Notes: generated by a model from the letters alone, not told the origin. Numbered from the stretch's first letter, positions 26,838 through 41,720 are shown. The stretch is 64,000 nucleotides of DNA from Eledone cirrhosa (GCA_964016885.1 OZ024765.1:12524001-12588000), one strand, 5' to 3'. Numbers and translations: made by a program.

Positions 26838-27448
26838 TTAACCCTTTAGCATTCACATTATTTATATACTGTGGATTGGCAGTATCGGTAGAGGGTTGGA
26901 CGCCATGCTTTCCAGCATAGTTACGTCCCTTTACGATCTGAGTTCAAATCCCGCCGAGGTTGACTTTGCCTTTCATCCTTACGGGGTCGATAAAATAAAG
27001 TACCAGTAATGTACTGGGTAATTGCTGGCCTTGTGCCTAAAGTAGAAACAATTATTTTATATATACTGTGGTGAATTGGCAGTATTGGTAGAGGGTCGGA
27101 TGCCATGCTTTCTAGCATAGTTATGTCCCTTTTTGATCTCAGTTCAAATCCCGCCGAGGTTAACTTTGCCTTTCATCCTTACGGGGGTCGATAAAATAAA
27201 GTACCAGTAATGTACTGGGTATTTGCTGGCCTTGTGCCAAAAAGTAGAAACAATTATTTTATATATACTATTATATTTTCATGGTAAAGGCTTTACCTCA
27301 CAAAACATCGAATCTATGAGATTTTTTACATATTTATTTTGAGAACAATACCTTAACATCAGTTTGAGTGACCAGTTACAGCCAGTTTCAACAGAAAGAG
27401 GGAGAGAATTCTGGCCGGTTTTGGCCGGTTTGAACACAAAAGGGTTAA
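26838..27448. mobile_element. TTAA MITE carrying two tandem SINE-A copies (26871-27056, 27068-27258)
   Basis: MITE TIRs at both ends. The inserts have A box TGGCAGTATCGG, B box GAGTTCAAATCC and tail gtagaaacaattatt. Confidence 0.85.
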
Positions 27449-27505
27449 GACATTCTCGAAAATTAAAAAACATTATGACAGCAACACAAATAAATCCTCT
27501 ACTAT

Positions 27506-27683
27506 AAGTGCCAGATTTAGGACAAATTAGGCTCTGTGCTAGTTTAGTTATGTGCCTCTTTACTTTGGCCCTGAAGGAAGTAGGCCTGGTAAAAAAAAAT
27601 AAAAATAAAAAAAAAAATTTTTGGCAGTAAGATCAGGGCTCTGTGGTTAAGTACGCCTAAGCTCAATGGTAAATTTGGCACTT
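27506..27683. mobile_element. hAT-like MITE (related copy ~31350-31510)
   Basis: TIR aagtgccagattta ... taaatttggcactt, with degenerate 8-bp flanks tctactat/cctagtat. Confidence 0.55.
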
Positions 27684-29436
27684 CCTAGTATAGATAATAT
27701 ATTTAAATTAAACCACATGAAACCCTATTAGCAAGCCATTTTTGAAAAGTAAAAAAACTGTACCAAGACTGAACTATACAAGTCTAATACAGAATTTTTC
27801 GCAACTTCCTGTCCACTAGTATAGATACTATAAACATTTGAATTAACAAACCACATTAGTAAGACATTCTCGAAAAGTAAAAAACCGACAGCAACACAGT
27901 CTTTACCCTCATACTGTAAATTTTCACAAAATTCTATCCACTAGTAAAGATACTATAAACATTGGAATAAAACCACATTAGCAAGACATTCTTGAAAAGT
28001 AAAAAACTGACACTATGACAGCTACACATTAAATATCAAGTCTTTACTCTAATATTGAATATTTTACAACATTGTTCTCGAGTAAAGATAATTTAAACAT
28101 TAATTAACAAACCAATTTTTAGATATTTTCTGATAAATCATTCCAGGATGTTAAGGGTTAAAAAAAAAGCTTTAAATCTATTGCTGAAGCCATTGTACTT
28201 CATGCAGGCACCAATCCAACCACTCCTGGGCCCATCCGAATGATCAGTAACTCTACTTGAGTACCGATTCAGACCCTGCCAAGCCTTGTTAGCAGGGAAG
28301 ACAGTGATAAATGATAACAATGATGATGATAAGATATTTAGTAAGTCAGGAGAACATCACAGGATTGAACTGATAACATATAAGCTATCAAGATAAACTG
28401 GTGACTCTTCTGTTTTTAAGCAGCTAAATTAAAATCTTCAGCATGACCCAGCTGAAATAAACAATGTCAGGGTTCAAAGGTCAAAAACAATTAGACTAAT
28501 TTTGTTAGTCATATATTAACCCATTGTTTTTATTTCACACACCCTGTAACTCTTTGGGGAGTCATAGGAGGATTGCTGTGATGACATACATTTTGAAGAT
28601 ATTTTAAAACCTGGTGGAGCCCATCCTTCTCCAGGCCTGAATACAGCAGATTGTGAAGGAATGTAAGTAAGAAAGATATAAAGAGGAAGAATGAACCCCA
28701 GTAGTAGACTGGTACATTTTTTATCAACCTAGAATAGATGGAATGATAGGGAGCGCTGTATTGACATACAGCATTTTGGAGATATTTTAAAACCTGGCGG
28801 AGCCCATCATCTCTCCAGGTCTCGGGTCTGAATACAGCAGATTTCTTCCGGTGAAGGATAGAGTGAGTGAGAGAATGCAAGTAACAAAGCATGCTGTCTG
28901 ATGTTCTACCAATTCGCCACCTTAACACATTCGTTACCATGTTTACTAATGAAAGAATTTAGTGGGAATTAATTTCACTTATTAATCTGTTCATTACAAT
29001 GTTTCTAATGAAAGACATTGCTTATGATTTTCAATTTTTTTTTTTTAATCAAGAATTTGGGAGTTAATAAATTCATTCCACGTTATGAATCAGTTTATTA
29101 TTATGATGTAAAATTTTATTTTTTAAATTAAGAATTTGGTGGTAGTTAATAATTTCATTCTCATTAATTGGTTCATTACATATTTCTAATGAAAGAAATT
29201 GCCTATGATTTTCAATTTTTTTTTTTTTAAATAATCATAGTTGAGTGCAGTGAGGGCTGAATCAGCAATGTGAAGAATGTCGATCCAGGAAGCAGTAGAG
29301 GCCCAGGAAGACCAAAAAGGATTTGAATGGAGGATGTCCATTGGGATAAAGCTAGGCTTGGCCTGGCCCAAGTGAGACCGGTGGACAGAAACATACAGAG
29401 CGGGATACTAAGGAGCACTGTCAAGCAAGACCCACC

Positions 29437-29670
29437 CATCATTTCATGTCCGCTTTTCCCTGCCTGCAAGGGTGGGACGGGTCCTATTCAGCACAGCATC
29501 TCTCCACTTGTCATGGACCTTCGTCATCTCCTCTGCCCATATATTCGTGTCATTTCTTTACCCAGCACTCATCCTCCATGCGCATCACATGTCCATACCA
29601 TTGCAGTCTTCTCTCTTGCACACTACAACTTATCCCTCTTATACAGTTTCCCTCTCAACTCATCTATGCA
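29437..29670 (-). mobile_element. RTE-like LINE 3' end (internally deleted)
   Basis: Minus translation SCSVQERRLQWYGHVMRMEDECWVKK ... EEMTKVHDKWRDAVLNRTRPTLAGREKRT*, followed by an (ATG)n-type tail. Related fragments at ~33860-34015 and ~40200-40385. Confidence 0.8.
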
Positions 29671-30079
29671 TAATCAAAAACTGGATGATGATGATGAAGA
29701 ATCAAGAATTTGGTGGGAGTTAATCCTTTCGTTAGCATATTTCTAATGAAAGGCAGTGCCAGGGTATAGAACTAGGTACAATTTCATATGGTTTGATGCA
29801 ACATGCTTCTCACTTTGCAGAAATCAGCCATTTAGCTAACTCTCTATGCATCATGTCTTGTAATTTCACACATTAACTCTTCCACCCACCTGCCTACCTA
29901 CCCTTATTTTCAGCGCACACACACTAAATACCCCAATCAAAACAATTCTCATGTCAGCTATAACCCATTCACAGTGTAATATTCTTTTCATTCATCAACC
30001 TTACAACTGAACAATGAAATCCACACCCTCAATATTCTGTCATCTGTAACCAACTCAGACATATTTCATTCATTTCATT

Positions 30080-30407
30080 TCATTTTACGTCTGCTTTTCC
30101 CTGCTTGCAAGGGTGGGACGGGAACTGATTCTGGCTTGATTTCTACAGCTGGATGCCCTTCCTAACACCAACCTCATTTACAGTGAGTGCTGGGTGCTTT
30201 TTTTTGCCGTGGCACCCCCACGACCACTCTGCAGTGGAACGATAGGGACCCCAGTCCCTATCATCTCATTTCTACAGCTGAGTAAACTGGAGCAATGTGA
30301 AATAAAGTGTCTTGCTCAAGGAAACACCACATCACCCGGTCTGAGAATTGAACTCACAATCTTTCGATTGCAAGGCCAATGCTCTAACCACTAAGCCATG
30401 TGCCTCC
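30080..30407 (-). mobile_element. tRNA-derived SINE-B, full length
   Basis: Reverse complement of the 57769-58108 copy, with high identity. Confidence 0.85.
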
Positions 30408-31306
30408 ATATATATATATCTATATAAGACACACACACACACAACAGATATATGCACATAAGTACAAGTGTTAAGCATATGCGATAACCTATATATATAT
30501 CTGAGTGCGTGTGTACATAGACAAATATATATAGAGAGGGGGGCAGAGATCAATCCCACTCTCCTAAACTTAGTTTAATATCCTTATCACGGCTCTCTCC
30601 TAGTAAACGCAGTGTAGGGTTGACTAAAAGACCATTACAGACTTTGTTGTATATTTAAACATGGACCAAATAATGACACCCACCCACACACACAGCCACA
30701 GACACCAACATATCCACACAGCCACCAACACAGCCACACAGACACCAACACCCACCAATACAGACACCAACACAGCCACAGACACCCACCAACACAGCCA
30801 CACAGACACCAACACCCACCAACACAGCCACCAACACCCACCAACATATCCACACAGACTCACATTGTGCAAATGTAACCCATAGAACCAAACAACCTGG
30901 TTCTATGATACAAAATAGGCGGAGTCTTAATTTTTATTTTTTTAAAGTGTTCTGACAAATACTAGTTTCTAATTTAAATACAAAGCCAGCAATTTTTTAG
31001 GGGAAGAACAAAGTTCAACTATACCCCACCCGTACTTGACTTGTACTATATTCATTTTATACGTGGCTGGCGCATGGTTTAGTGGTTAGATCATTGGGCT
31101 TGCAATCGAAAGGTTGTGAATTCAATTCTCGGACCGGGTGATGTGTTGTTTCCTTGAGCAAGACGTTTTATTTCACGCTGCTCCAGCTTACTCAGCTGTA
31201 GAAATGAGATGATCGGACTGGAGTCCCTATCATTAAATCAACCAAGACACCTCCAACGAGATATACCTTGGAGGAGGCCAGCTAAACCTGCATAGGTGTG
31301 AGCTGT

Positions 31307-31337
<31 letters not shown>

Positions 31338-32564
31338 GTGGCTGGTATTCAGTGCCGGATTTAGGACAAACGAGGCCTTATGCTAGTTAAGTTGAGGCCC
31401 CTTACTTGGGTCCTGAAGAAGGTAAACATTTTTTTTTTTTTTGGCAGGAAGATGGGCTCCCCCCTAGCCAACGGGACCCTGTGCTTAAGAATACCTAAGC
31501 ACAATGGCATTGTTGGTACTTTAACCGTTTATCTTACATAATATGGGATCTATAAAATTTTGATTATGTTATTTATTTTGAGAACAATACCTTAATGTCG
31601 ATAGGAGTGGCCGGTTACAGCCGGTTTGAAGAGAAAGAGGCTAGAGAATTCTGGCCGCATACGGCCGGTTTAAATGCTAAAGGATTAATCAAAGCTAGAA
31701 AAGATGAGAGACGTAGGATTTGAACTCAGAACATACAAGGTCGTAATTATATGCCGCAAAGCATTTTGTCCTATGCTCTATCAATCCTCCAATATATCAT
31801 CTTGGTGTTTAAACTAATGTATTGAAGTACTTTAAGTTATGTTCCATACTTTAAATCGATAATGTGAAATTTAAACAAAGCAGTCGACTTAAGAAGCACA
31901 GGGAAAATTTGAAATATGAAATGTGCGCATCCCAATGCAAATGATCATAAGAGTCAATAACTATAAATAACAGTTGAGAAAATTGGTTAAAGTACCCCTG
32001 AAGATGGAAAAATAGTGGGACGCACACACTCACATTTCACATTTCCAATGAGAAAGTTATTTTACTAAAATTCCTCCAATATTTTTCATACTTTCAAAAT
32101 TTATTGAAACATTGGCAGTGTATTTCATTAGAAATATGGTAATGAGCGGGTTAACGTACTTTGGCCAAACCCAAAGACGAAGCTTAGCTAACACCACACA
32201 CACGTCTCACAAACACACGGGTTGCTATGGCAACGGCTCCAGCGTTAAGATGCAATTAGAAATCTAGACTTGTATTAGCACTAAAAAATAAAAATAAAAA
32301 TTTACAAGACAAAAAAAAAAAAACTATCTTTGTTAATCATAATAGAAACGACTTTCCATTTCTCTATACAATAATCTGATTAATTCTTTGATATCATTGC
32401 AATGTCATGTAGAGAGAGACAGACAGACAGACTGACTGACGTTAACAGAACTATTATATATTCAGTGGTGGAGGTGGAGAACAACTATGGCACAGACATG
32501 GCTGTGTGGTTAACAAGTTTATTTCACAACCTTCTGGCTACAGGTTCAATCACCTACTGAATGG

Positions 32565-33376
32565 CGATTCCTTTGGCATGGGTCATCTACAAAAGCCTGA
32601 GACTGACTATGGTGCCTTTCTTCAACAGGGACCATCTACAAAAGCCTTAGATTGACTATGATGCCATCCTTTCGCATGGCACTTCTACAAAAGCCTTAGG
32701 CTGACTATGGTACCTTCCTTTAGCATGGGTCTCCTAGAAAAGCCTTAGACTAACTATGGTACCTTTCTTTGGCATAGATTGTCTACAAAAGCCTCAGACT
32801 AGCTATGGTACCTTTCTTCGGCAGGGATCGCCTACAAAAACCTTCGACTAATTATGGTGCCTTCCTTCAGCATGGCTCATCTACAAAAACCTTAGACTAA
32901 CTATGGTTCCTTTGACATGGGTCATCTACAAAAACCTTAGGTTGACTATGGTGCTTTTCTTTGGCATGGGTCATCTACAAACACCTTAGGTTGACTATGG
33001 TGCTTTTCTTTGGCATGGGTCATCTACAAACACCTTAGGTTGACTATGGTGCTTTTCTTTGGCATGGGTCATCTACAAACACCTTAGGTTGACTATGGTG
33101 CTTTTCTTTGGCATGGGTCATCTACAAAAACCTTAGGTTGACTATGGTGCTTTTCTTTGGCATGGGTCATCTACAAAAACCTTAGGTTGACTATGGTGCT
33201 TTTCTTTGGCATGGGTCATCTACAAAAACCTTAGGTTGACTATGGTGCTTTTCTTTGGCATGGGTCATCTACAAACACCTTAGGTTGACTATGGTGCTTT
33301 TCTTTGGCATGGGTCATCTACAAACACCTTAGGTTGACTATGGTGCTTTTCTTTGGCATTGGTCATCTACAAAAAC
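32565..33376. repeat. 49-bp minisatellite (~16 copies) expanded inside a SINE-like element
   Basis: Unit gttgactatggtgcttttctttggcatgggtcatctacaaacaccttag, preceded by a tRNA-like head at ~32495-32550. Confidence 0.9.
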
Positions 33377-34051
33377 CCGTGATAAACTCGTGTCCTGTCC
33401 AGGGGGAACTCAGTCGCTTCCTGCCACGGAAACCGAAATAGGCACCAACCTGATGAACCCTCACGCTTGAGATTTTTTTTTTTTTAAAGATGTTCATTCA
33501 TTCATTCTACATTCTTCCACCCTTTGACAGATTTTCTTTTTTTTTTCCATCCAGCAGGGTGTCCAAAAATCAACCCTCACCAAGCCAGTTTGGTGACATT
33601 GCTGATTTAATTGCCAACAAGCCAACCATGTGACATTAGGGTATTAATCAACTGTAGGATATAAATAATTATGAAGCAAACTCCTCAAACCATTCAGCTG
33701 TAATGTTGTGACTATAACAACCATGAGGAAGGGAGGACACTAGTCCGAATAAATCAGTGCATAATAAGAAGTTAATTAGCAAAGTAATTAAGATACTATT
33801 CAAGTAGCCATGTACTGTTACTGTGAAAATCTATGCCAATGAATAATTACTTCTGATAACGAAGAAAGACCTCAGCAGATGTGGTGAGTGCTGATCTCTA
33901 AACACTGAACTGGACAGAGGAGATGAAGGAATACAGAAGGTGGAGAGAAAGCTATGGGGGAAAAGACCTATCCAACCCATGCAAGCTTGGAAACAGACGT
34001 CAAAAGATGATCATCATCCTAGCACATGGCCTTGTGGTTAGGGTATTTGGC

Positions 34052-34264
34052 TTAACCCTTTATCATTTAAACCGGCCAGAATTCTCTCACCTCTTTCTTC
34101 TGTTCAATCCGGCCATAACCGGCCACTCATACTGATGTATTATTCTCAAAATAAATATCAAAATCTCATAGATTCAATATTATGCGAGATAATTATGTGA
34201 GGTAAAGCCTTTACCATGAAAATATAATAGTAAATATAGGGTAATGTAAATGCTAAAGGGTTAA
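34052..34264. mobile_element. TTAA MITE copy
   Basis: TTAAccctttatcatt ... aatgctaaagggTTAA. Confidence 0.8.
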
Positions 34265-35172
34265 GAAAGGGTTAACAAAGGATTTTGAGGAATTTACAAA
34301 AATTATTTCACATCTAAAATAGTAACGTAACATATGGTTCTCATAAAATTATGTTGGAACATTTTAATTTATATTGCAACCCTTTAAAATAAAGAATTTT
34401 AAGGGATTTACAGAAATTATTACATAACTAAGATAGCAGCAACATTTTTTCCTACATAAAATTGTTCAGAGTTTAATTTATATAGGAACCTTTTAAAATG
34501 GGTGGTTTTGTTTCATAAAACCAGAGGCAGTTTTAAGCATATTGGTATCGAAAGGGTTATAAAGGGACCCTTTAAAACGGGTGGTTTTTCATAAAACCAG
34601 AGGGAGTTTTGGGTATGTTGGTATCGAAGAGATTAATGGAAGCATTTTGAGGCATTTACAAAAGTTATTATTTCATCATTAAGATAGTAATTTAACATAT
34701 GGGTCTTATGTAAAATTATATTTTAAGATTTTACTTGAAATAGGAACCCTTCAAAATGGGTGGTTTTGATTCATAGAAGCAGAAGTGGTGGTTTGGGGCA
34801 GGTTGGTATTGGAAGGGCTCAACATCTAACAGTAACTGAACTCATGGACCCTGTCCCCATTAAGATTTATTCATGAACCATAACATCTAACAACGAAATT
34901 GTTAGTAAATGTATTTAATATTAAATATAATAATATAATAAGAATATTTCAATAAAGTGGTGAACTAAACAGAGAGATCTTAATTTCTAACCACTCTGCC
35001 ATAGACTGTATGCCTGTGGTGTTCATGAATATAAATATACATCCATTGTTGGGTTTGTATACACACTCCACAAAATTCACTTAATATCATCACATCTATT
35101 GTAATATTCACTTTGAAATTGTTAATTAGAAAGTACATCGACAATGAAAGTAAGGGGAAAACATGTCGATAT

Positions 35173-35205
<33 letters not shown>

Positions 35206-37386
35206 GGTTTGTGTATGTGTGTATGTATATATATATGAGGGGGGGGGGGGGTGTCAAGAGAGATAAATGTCGAGATCGAGGTAGACAGATATGTGTCAAG
35301 ATGATCGTATTTATAAAGGTGACCTACTAACAAACATTGACTACAGAACAAAACCAAACCTTAGTTGAAAGGAAGAAAAGGAATGCGACTGTCCTGGATA
35401 AAAGGAATTTAATTACCTCGTTATGGATTATGAGTTCACGATTGGCTACAGTTATTTGTTATATGCATGGGTATATTTTATTGGCAATCCAGCTTTACAT
35501 ATGGTGATTTCATCTTGAGATATGAGAATTTAATGTAACAAATATGAATCGTCTTTAGGGCATCTGATTAACGCGGTGTGGTATTTGTTCCAACTCACAG
35601 CATAGTGTTGAACACTTTAGCATTTGAACCGGCTGTATCCGGCCAGAATTCTCTCAACTCTTTCTGATCAAACTGGCCACTCATACTGATGTTAAGGTAT
35701 TGTTCTTAATATAAAGAATATCAAAATCTCAGATTTGATATGTGAAATAATTTTGCAAGGTAAAGCCTTTACCAAAAAAATACAATAGTATGTATTGAGT
35801 AATGTAAATGCTAAAGGGTTAAATCACACCTAAGTCAACTTTGGTACTTCAACCCAAGAAGAATGGAAGGCTCTCCTGTACTGGAATCAATTTTTCCTCA
35901 ATCTATCATTTTCTCTTCCACACTCTTTTTCTGTTGTGGTATTTGTTCCGTATTTGCACACTATGTTTAAATCACACCTAAGTCAAGTTTGCCTTCCATT
36001 CTTCTTGGATTGGTGAAGTACCAGTCCTGTATCAGGGGTCAATTCTTCCTCAATCTTTATCACTGTCTATCCCTGGAAGAGTTAAGGCCTTTTATCTTAC
36101 CTACATGAGATTTGATCCCAACATCTTTATTTCATCCAGCTACAATAGATAACAATTAGGACCTCATGTACCACCCCTCTATCTAATTCCTCTAAAAAGT
36201 CTTAAGTCTGTCACAAGCCCAGAGGCTCATCCTGGTTTTATTGGTGTTAACAGAGTACAAAACTCTCCCATGGACAGGACACTAGTCCATTGCAGAGTTA
36301 AAGTGTCTCAAGCCTGGAGGCTCATTAGGCCAGTGCTTATCTTTGTTTTATTGGTGCTAATTGACAGTACAAGACTCTCCCTAGGACACCAGTATATCGT
36401 ACGGTTAAAGTCTGACTCAAGCTTAGGTTCATTAGGCTCATGCTTGCTCCGGTTTCTTTGGCATTAAGCGACATAGTACAAGACTGCTCCACTGGACAGA
36501 TGCCAGTCCATTATAGATTTAAACCTCTAGCTACTGCTGGTACTCATTTTCACCTGAGTGGACTTGAGCAATGTGAAACAAACTTTTTCTCAAGAACACA
36601 ACTCAACCTGGTCCAGGAGTTGAACTCAAGACATTGTGATCATAAGTCCAATATCCTAACCACTAGGCCACATGCTTTCAATTTCTCTAGTTACATGTGA
36701 GGTTTAGGGTTAATATCTCATATAGCTAGATGGATCTAGATGTGAGCTTCCGAACTGTTTTCATCTGCCATTGTCAAGACATTGGTCAACCTGAGGCTAA
36801 AGCTAAAGACACTTGTCTAAAGTGCCAGTCAGAATGAAACCGAATGCATGTGGTTGTGAAGCAGGCTCCTGAACCATACAGCTATGCCTGTGCTTATCTA
36901 TACTACATGTCTTAAAAATAAAAAAAATAGGATTTATATTTTCATATTTAAAAAAATATGCTTGGTAATAGATAGGAAGATATAGAAAGATTAACTTTTG
37001 ATATCCTGTTACGATTCAGTAGAAAATATCTAAAAACAGGTTTGTTAATACAAATATTTATAATTGTTTCTACTTTTGGCACAAGGCCAGCAATTATCCC
37101 AGGATATTACTGGTACTTTATTTTATCAACCCCATAAGGATGAAAGGCAAAGTTAATCTCGGCGGGATTTGAATTCATATATTTATAATGTCTTTACAAG
37201 TGGACAGATCATAGAGAAGATTTGTAGTAAGCCAAAAATGGAGTTATACATGTCTGGTAAATGACTAAATCTGAGCCCATGTGTTAAAACTAAAGCAATT
37301 ACTGCAAGGAAGAGTCATTTTAGCTACTGAAAAACCCTCTGCAACTTTATATCTATGTGCCTGCGCCTTATATATATATCATATAG

Positions 37387-37684
37387 TAGGGTGGGACGGG
37401 AACTGATTCTGGCTTGATTTCTACAGCTGGATGCCCTTCCTAACACCAACCTCATTTACAGTGAGTGCTGGGTGCTTTTTTGCCGTGGCACCTACATGAC
37501 CACTTTGCAGTGGAATGATATGGACCCCAGTCCCTATCATCTCATTTCTACAGCTGAGTAAACTGGAGCAATGTGAAATAAAGTGTCTTGCTCAAGGAAA
37601 CACCACATCACCCGGTCTGAGATTTGAACTCACAACCTTTCGATTGCAAGGCCAATGCTCTAACCACTAACCCATGTGCCTCCA
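37387..37684 (-). mobile_element. tRNA-derived SINE-B, 3'-truncated
   Basis: High identity to the 57769-58108 copy. Confidence 0.85.
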
Positions 37685-39384
37685 TATATTGTCATATATA
37701 CATATATGACAATTTTTTTGTATGTTTTTGAATGGCTAAAATTAGTCTTCCATACTGTAATTGTTCAAGTAAAGACTTTTAATGTGATGCAGTTATAGTA
37801 CTTTTTTGTGGTCTCATGTGGTACAGGACTTTAAGAGTTAAAATAACACAAGTCATAGAGATCTGACTCATATGCAACCCTCCCCAGTCACAAAAGACTG
37901 CTTCTTAATGACACACACAGATGTATGCGCAGACAGAAACAGACATACACATTCACACACAGACAGACATACACAGAGACAAAAAGAGAAACGCAGACAG
38001 ACACACACACACACCAACCGAGAGAGACAGCCAGACACACACACACACACACACACAAATACATATACACAAAAATTTTCTAACTGTTCATGAGTAAGAA
38101 AATACAAACAAGCTGTTAATTCTTCTGGTTGCAATTTGAAACTTGTTGGTGGTGTGTGTGTGTGTGTGTGTGGTGGGGGGTAGTCTAGGGTACAGGGTGT
38201 TTGTGTTGGAACTATCCAGGGTCATTAATGGGGGTAGATGTGTATGCATGTATGCTTGTGCAGGGGTTACTCCCAAATTTACTTGATACCCTAGCAGGAA
38301 ATGAAACAGTTGTTTCTTTCATAGACACCCCCCTCTGCACCCCCAAGGAAAAAAAGGCCCACTCATCTGTTTATTCAGTATCTTATTCTAAAAAAAAGGC
38401 ACTAGTGTAAAGAACCCCCTATTTACTAGAAGAGGGAATGCTTGTCAAAATATAGTGTCCCCACTCCCAACTTAACCCTTTAGCATTTAAATTTAAAGTA
38501 TCTGTATCCGACCAGAATTCTCACCTCTTTCTCTTCAAACCAGCAATAACTGGCTGATCATACCGATGTTAAGGTATTGTTCTCAAAATGAATAACAGCA
38601 AAATCTCAAAGATTCAATATTATGTGAGATAAAGTGTTTACTGTGAAAATACAATAGTATAAAAAGAGTAATCATCATCATCATCATCATTTTACACCCG
38701 CTTTTCCCTGCTTGCAAGGGAGGGACGGGTCCTATTCAGCACAGCAATATAAATGTTAAAGGGTTCAGATAGGTCTAAGGCCCCTATCATTACACTATTT
38801 CAATTAATGACGACGAAGAGTTTAAAGGGATTTTACTAAAATTATTAGCTATTTCATTATCATGAAAGGACTCTTTAGTTATGCCATAGACATATGGCCT
38901 AATCCAGCTAATAATCACACCTGGTACACTCTGTAAAGTAGTTGGAGATAGGAAGGACATCCAGCTATACAGAACCTGCCAAATAAAGTGTTAGGAAAAC
39001 ATCTGTGTCAAGGACATGAAAACCTCTCAAGTGTTGGTGATCTACACAAATGCACCCAGTACATGCTATAAAGTGGTTGGTGTTAGGAGGTGCATCCATG
39101 CATAGAAATCATGTACCCAGTACTCTGTAAAGTGGTTGGTGTTAGGAAGAGGATCCAACTGTCGAAACCGAGCTCCCAGTACATTCTGCAAAGTAGTTGA
39201 TGTTAGGAAGAGTATCCAGTCATAGAAACTATGCCCCCACTACACTGTAAAGTGGTTGGTGTTAGGAAGAACATCCAGCTATCAAAACCGAGCTCTCAGT
39301 ACTTTCTTTAAAATGGCTGGTGTTAGGAAGGGCATCCAGATGTAGAAACCAAAATAAAAGAGAGTACAAGTGGAACATGTGACA

Positions 39385-39685
39385 ACATATGGCTTAGTGG
39401 TTAGAGCGCTGGGTTGACATCATTCTCAGACCGGGCTTTGTGTTGTGTTCTTCAGCAAGATACTTTATTTCACATTGCTCCAGCTCACTCAACTGCAGAA
39501 ATGAGTGGTGACCCCACTGGTGCCAAGCTGTATCGACCATTGCGTTTCCCTTGGACAACATGGGTGGCGTGGAGAGGGGAGACTGCCACAAACAACCTTA
39601 CCCGGACTTGTGTCACGATGGGTAACTTTCAAGGTGCAAGTCCCATGGTCATTCGTGACTGAAGGGGGTCTTTACCCTTTACCCT
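39385..39685 (+). mobile_element. tRNA-derived SINE with a different body and (TTTACCC)n tail
   Basis: Head catatggcttagtggttagagc, shared core cttcagcaagatactttatttcacattgctccag, distinct GC-richer body, tail tttaccctttaccct. Confidence 0.55.
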
Positions 39686-41459
39686 GACAAGTGGAACATG
39701 GCCATTTGACCAGTCTTGCTTCAGCATAACCCATGTAGGGTGGAAAATAAATGTTATAGAATAATGATGATGATGTCACTCCCTTTGAATTTTTATTTGA
39801 GGGGAGTGAGGGGGGGGGGGGCTTTCACTACAGCATTCCTCTAAAATATAGCAGCAATAAATAAAAAAAAAAAAATGAAACAAAATAACTTTTGTTCCCA
39901 CAAAATCTATCAGCCTACACACATTCTTCACATAACTGAGATATTTCTTTTTTACAAAAGGTTAGGTTTCTCTTTTCCTCAGGTGGGAAGTGGCTTCAAC
40001 TTCAAAAGAGAAATATATATGAAGAACATACACATATTCCCTGCACTGGGAAGTCACTTGCATTCTTTCAAATAAAACTATCCCACCCACACACTTATTT
40101 TTAAATACGTAAAAATAAAAAGGGTGAGGCAGATAAGTTTTAATGTTTTGTTGTTTTGTTGTTTTTTTTTTTACTCATGAACATGCTATAAAAATACTTC
40201 AGCAATCTGCGGTCAGCTCTCACCACTTCTGCTCATGATTTTTGTGGTCTTCCACTACTGTCTTTCTTACACTGGGATTTCTTGGCAACTTCTTACCCAG
40301 CAGTCATCCTTCATGGGCATCACATGTCCATACCAATGCAGTCTTCTTGCCCACACACTACAGTTTATCCCTCATATACACAGTTTAAGAGGGATAAACA
40401 GTTTGGTATCAAAAGGGATAATTTGTAGACAGAGGACCACAGGTGTTGATATAAAACTGCTAAAAGCACCCAAGTATCAGGTGGTGGTATTAAACTTGGT
40501 GACAGATTAAGTCCACTCACAAAGAAGTCAGAATGCATAGAGCTGGGACAAATACAAGGCCTACATATGTATCATATCTTACATCTTTAAAAATTTGAAA
40601 AGATCTGAGTCTCATAAAGAATGTATATTATATCATATCTTACATCTAAAAAAATTTGAAATGGCACGAGATCCAAAGAAAATACCTCGATGGTCTATAT
40701 GTATATTATATATTTTACATATAAAAATTTGAAAATCTGAGACCTACAGAGAAGGCCTCTCATCTGTCTCCAAGTTTCCATGGGCTAAAGCAACAGAGTA
40801 CAAGACTCCCCCTTGGACAGGACATCAGTCTATCACAGGGTTAACCTTCCAGCTATAGAGAACAGTTCAATGACCTAGATGGATATTACATCATATCTCT
40901 CATATTTTCAGCCGAGTAATGTGAAATGAACACAACACACAACCTAATCCAGGACTCACATCCACATTATGATCCTAAGTCCAACATGCTTACCACTAAG
41001 GCACGTGCCTCCACATCATCATCGTCATTTAACATCTATCTTCCACGCTAGCATGGGTTTAGACGGAAATTGTCCCACGTGAGGTAAGATTGGTTGCTTT
41101 GCTCGTATAGGACTGTCTGGCAGGTTTTCTATGGCTGGAAGCCCTTCCTAACACCAACCACGTTTACAGTGGACTGGGAGGTTTTTACCGTATTACCTAC
41201 ATGGCCACATTACAGCGTGGACTGTTTTTTTTGTCGTGACACCTACACGACCTCATTTATTTAGGACTGGAAACATTTTAAAAGGTCTGAGATAAACAGA
41301 ACCCCTCTATAGTCCACATATATATATCTTATATCTAAATATTTGAAATGGTTTGAGGTCAATGGCCTAAATTTATATTATATCATATCTTAAATATAAA
41401 TATTTGAAATGGTCTGAGGCCCACAGAATACCTCAATAGCCTAGATATATGTCATATCT

Positions 41460-41720
41460 TTGTCCACTTATTCCTGGGAGGGTCGTGGGTAAAGAGTCCT
41501 CAAACACTCCCTCCAGTGAGTCCTATCAGAAGCAACCATCTCCAACTGGATTCCTAAGTGTGACCAGCCAAGCTCATGGATGTTATCGAACCATCTTGCT
41601 CAGAGTCTACTCCTGGGTCTCTGTTGGTTTCGCCCGTAAAATCTGTCCAGCAACTCTTTCCCGAGACATTCTAACCACATGCCCATAGTATTGGCACTGT
41701 GATCTCTCAATTCGGAGAAT
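41460..41720 (-). mobile_element. RTE-like LINE 3' fragment
   Basis: Minus translation LRIERSQCQYYGHVVRMSRERVAGQILRAKPT. Confidence 0.75.
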
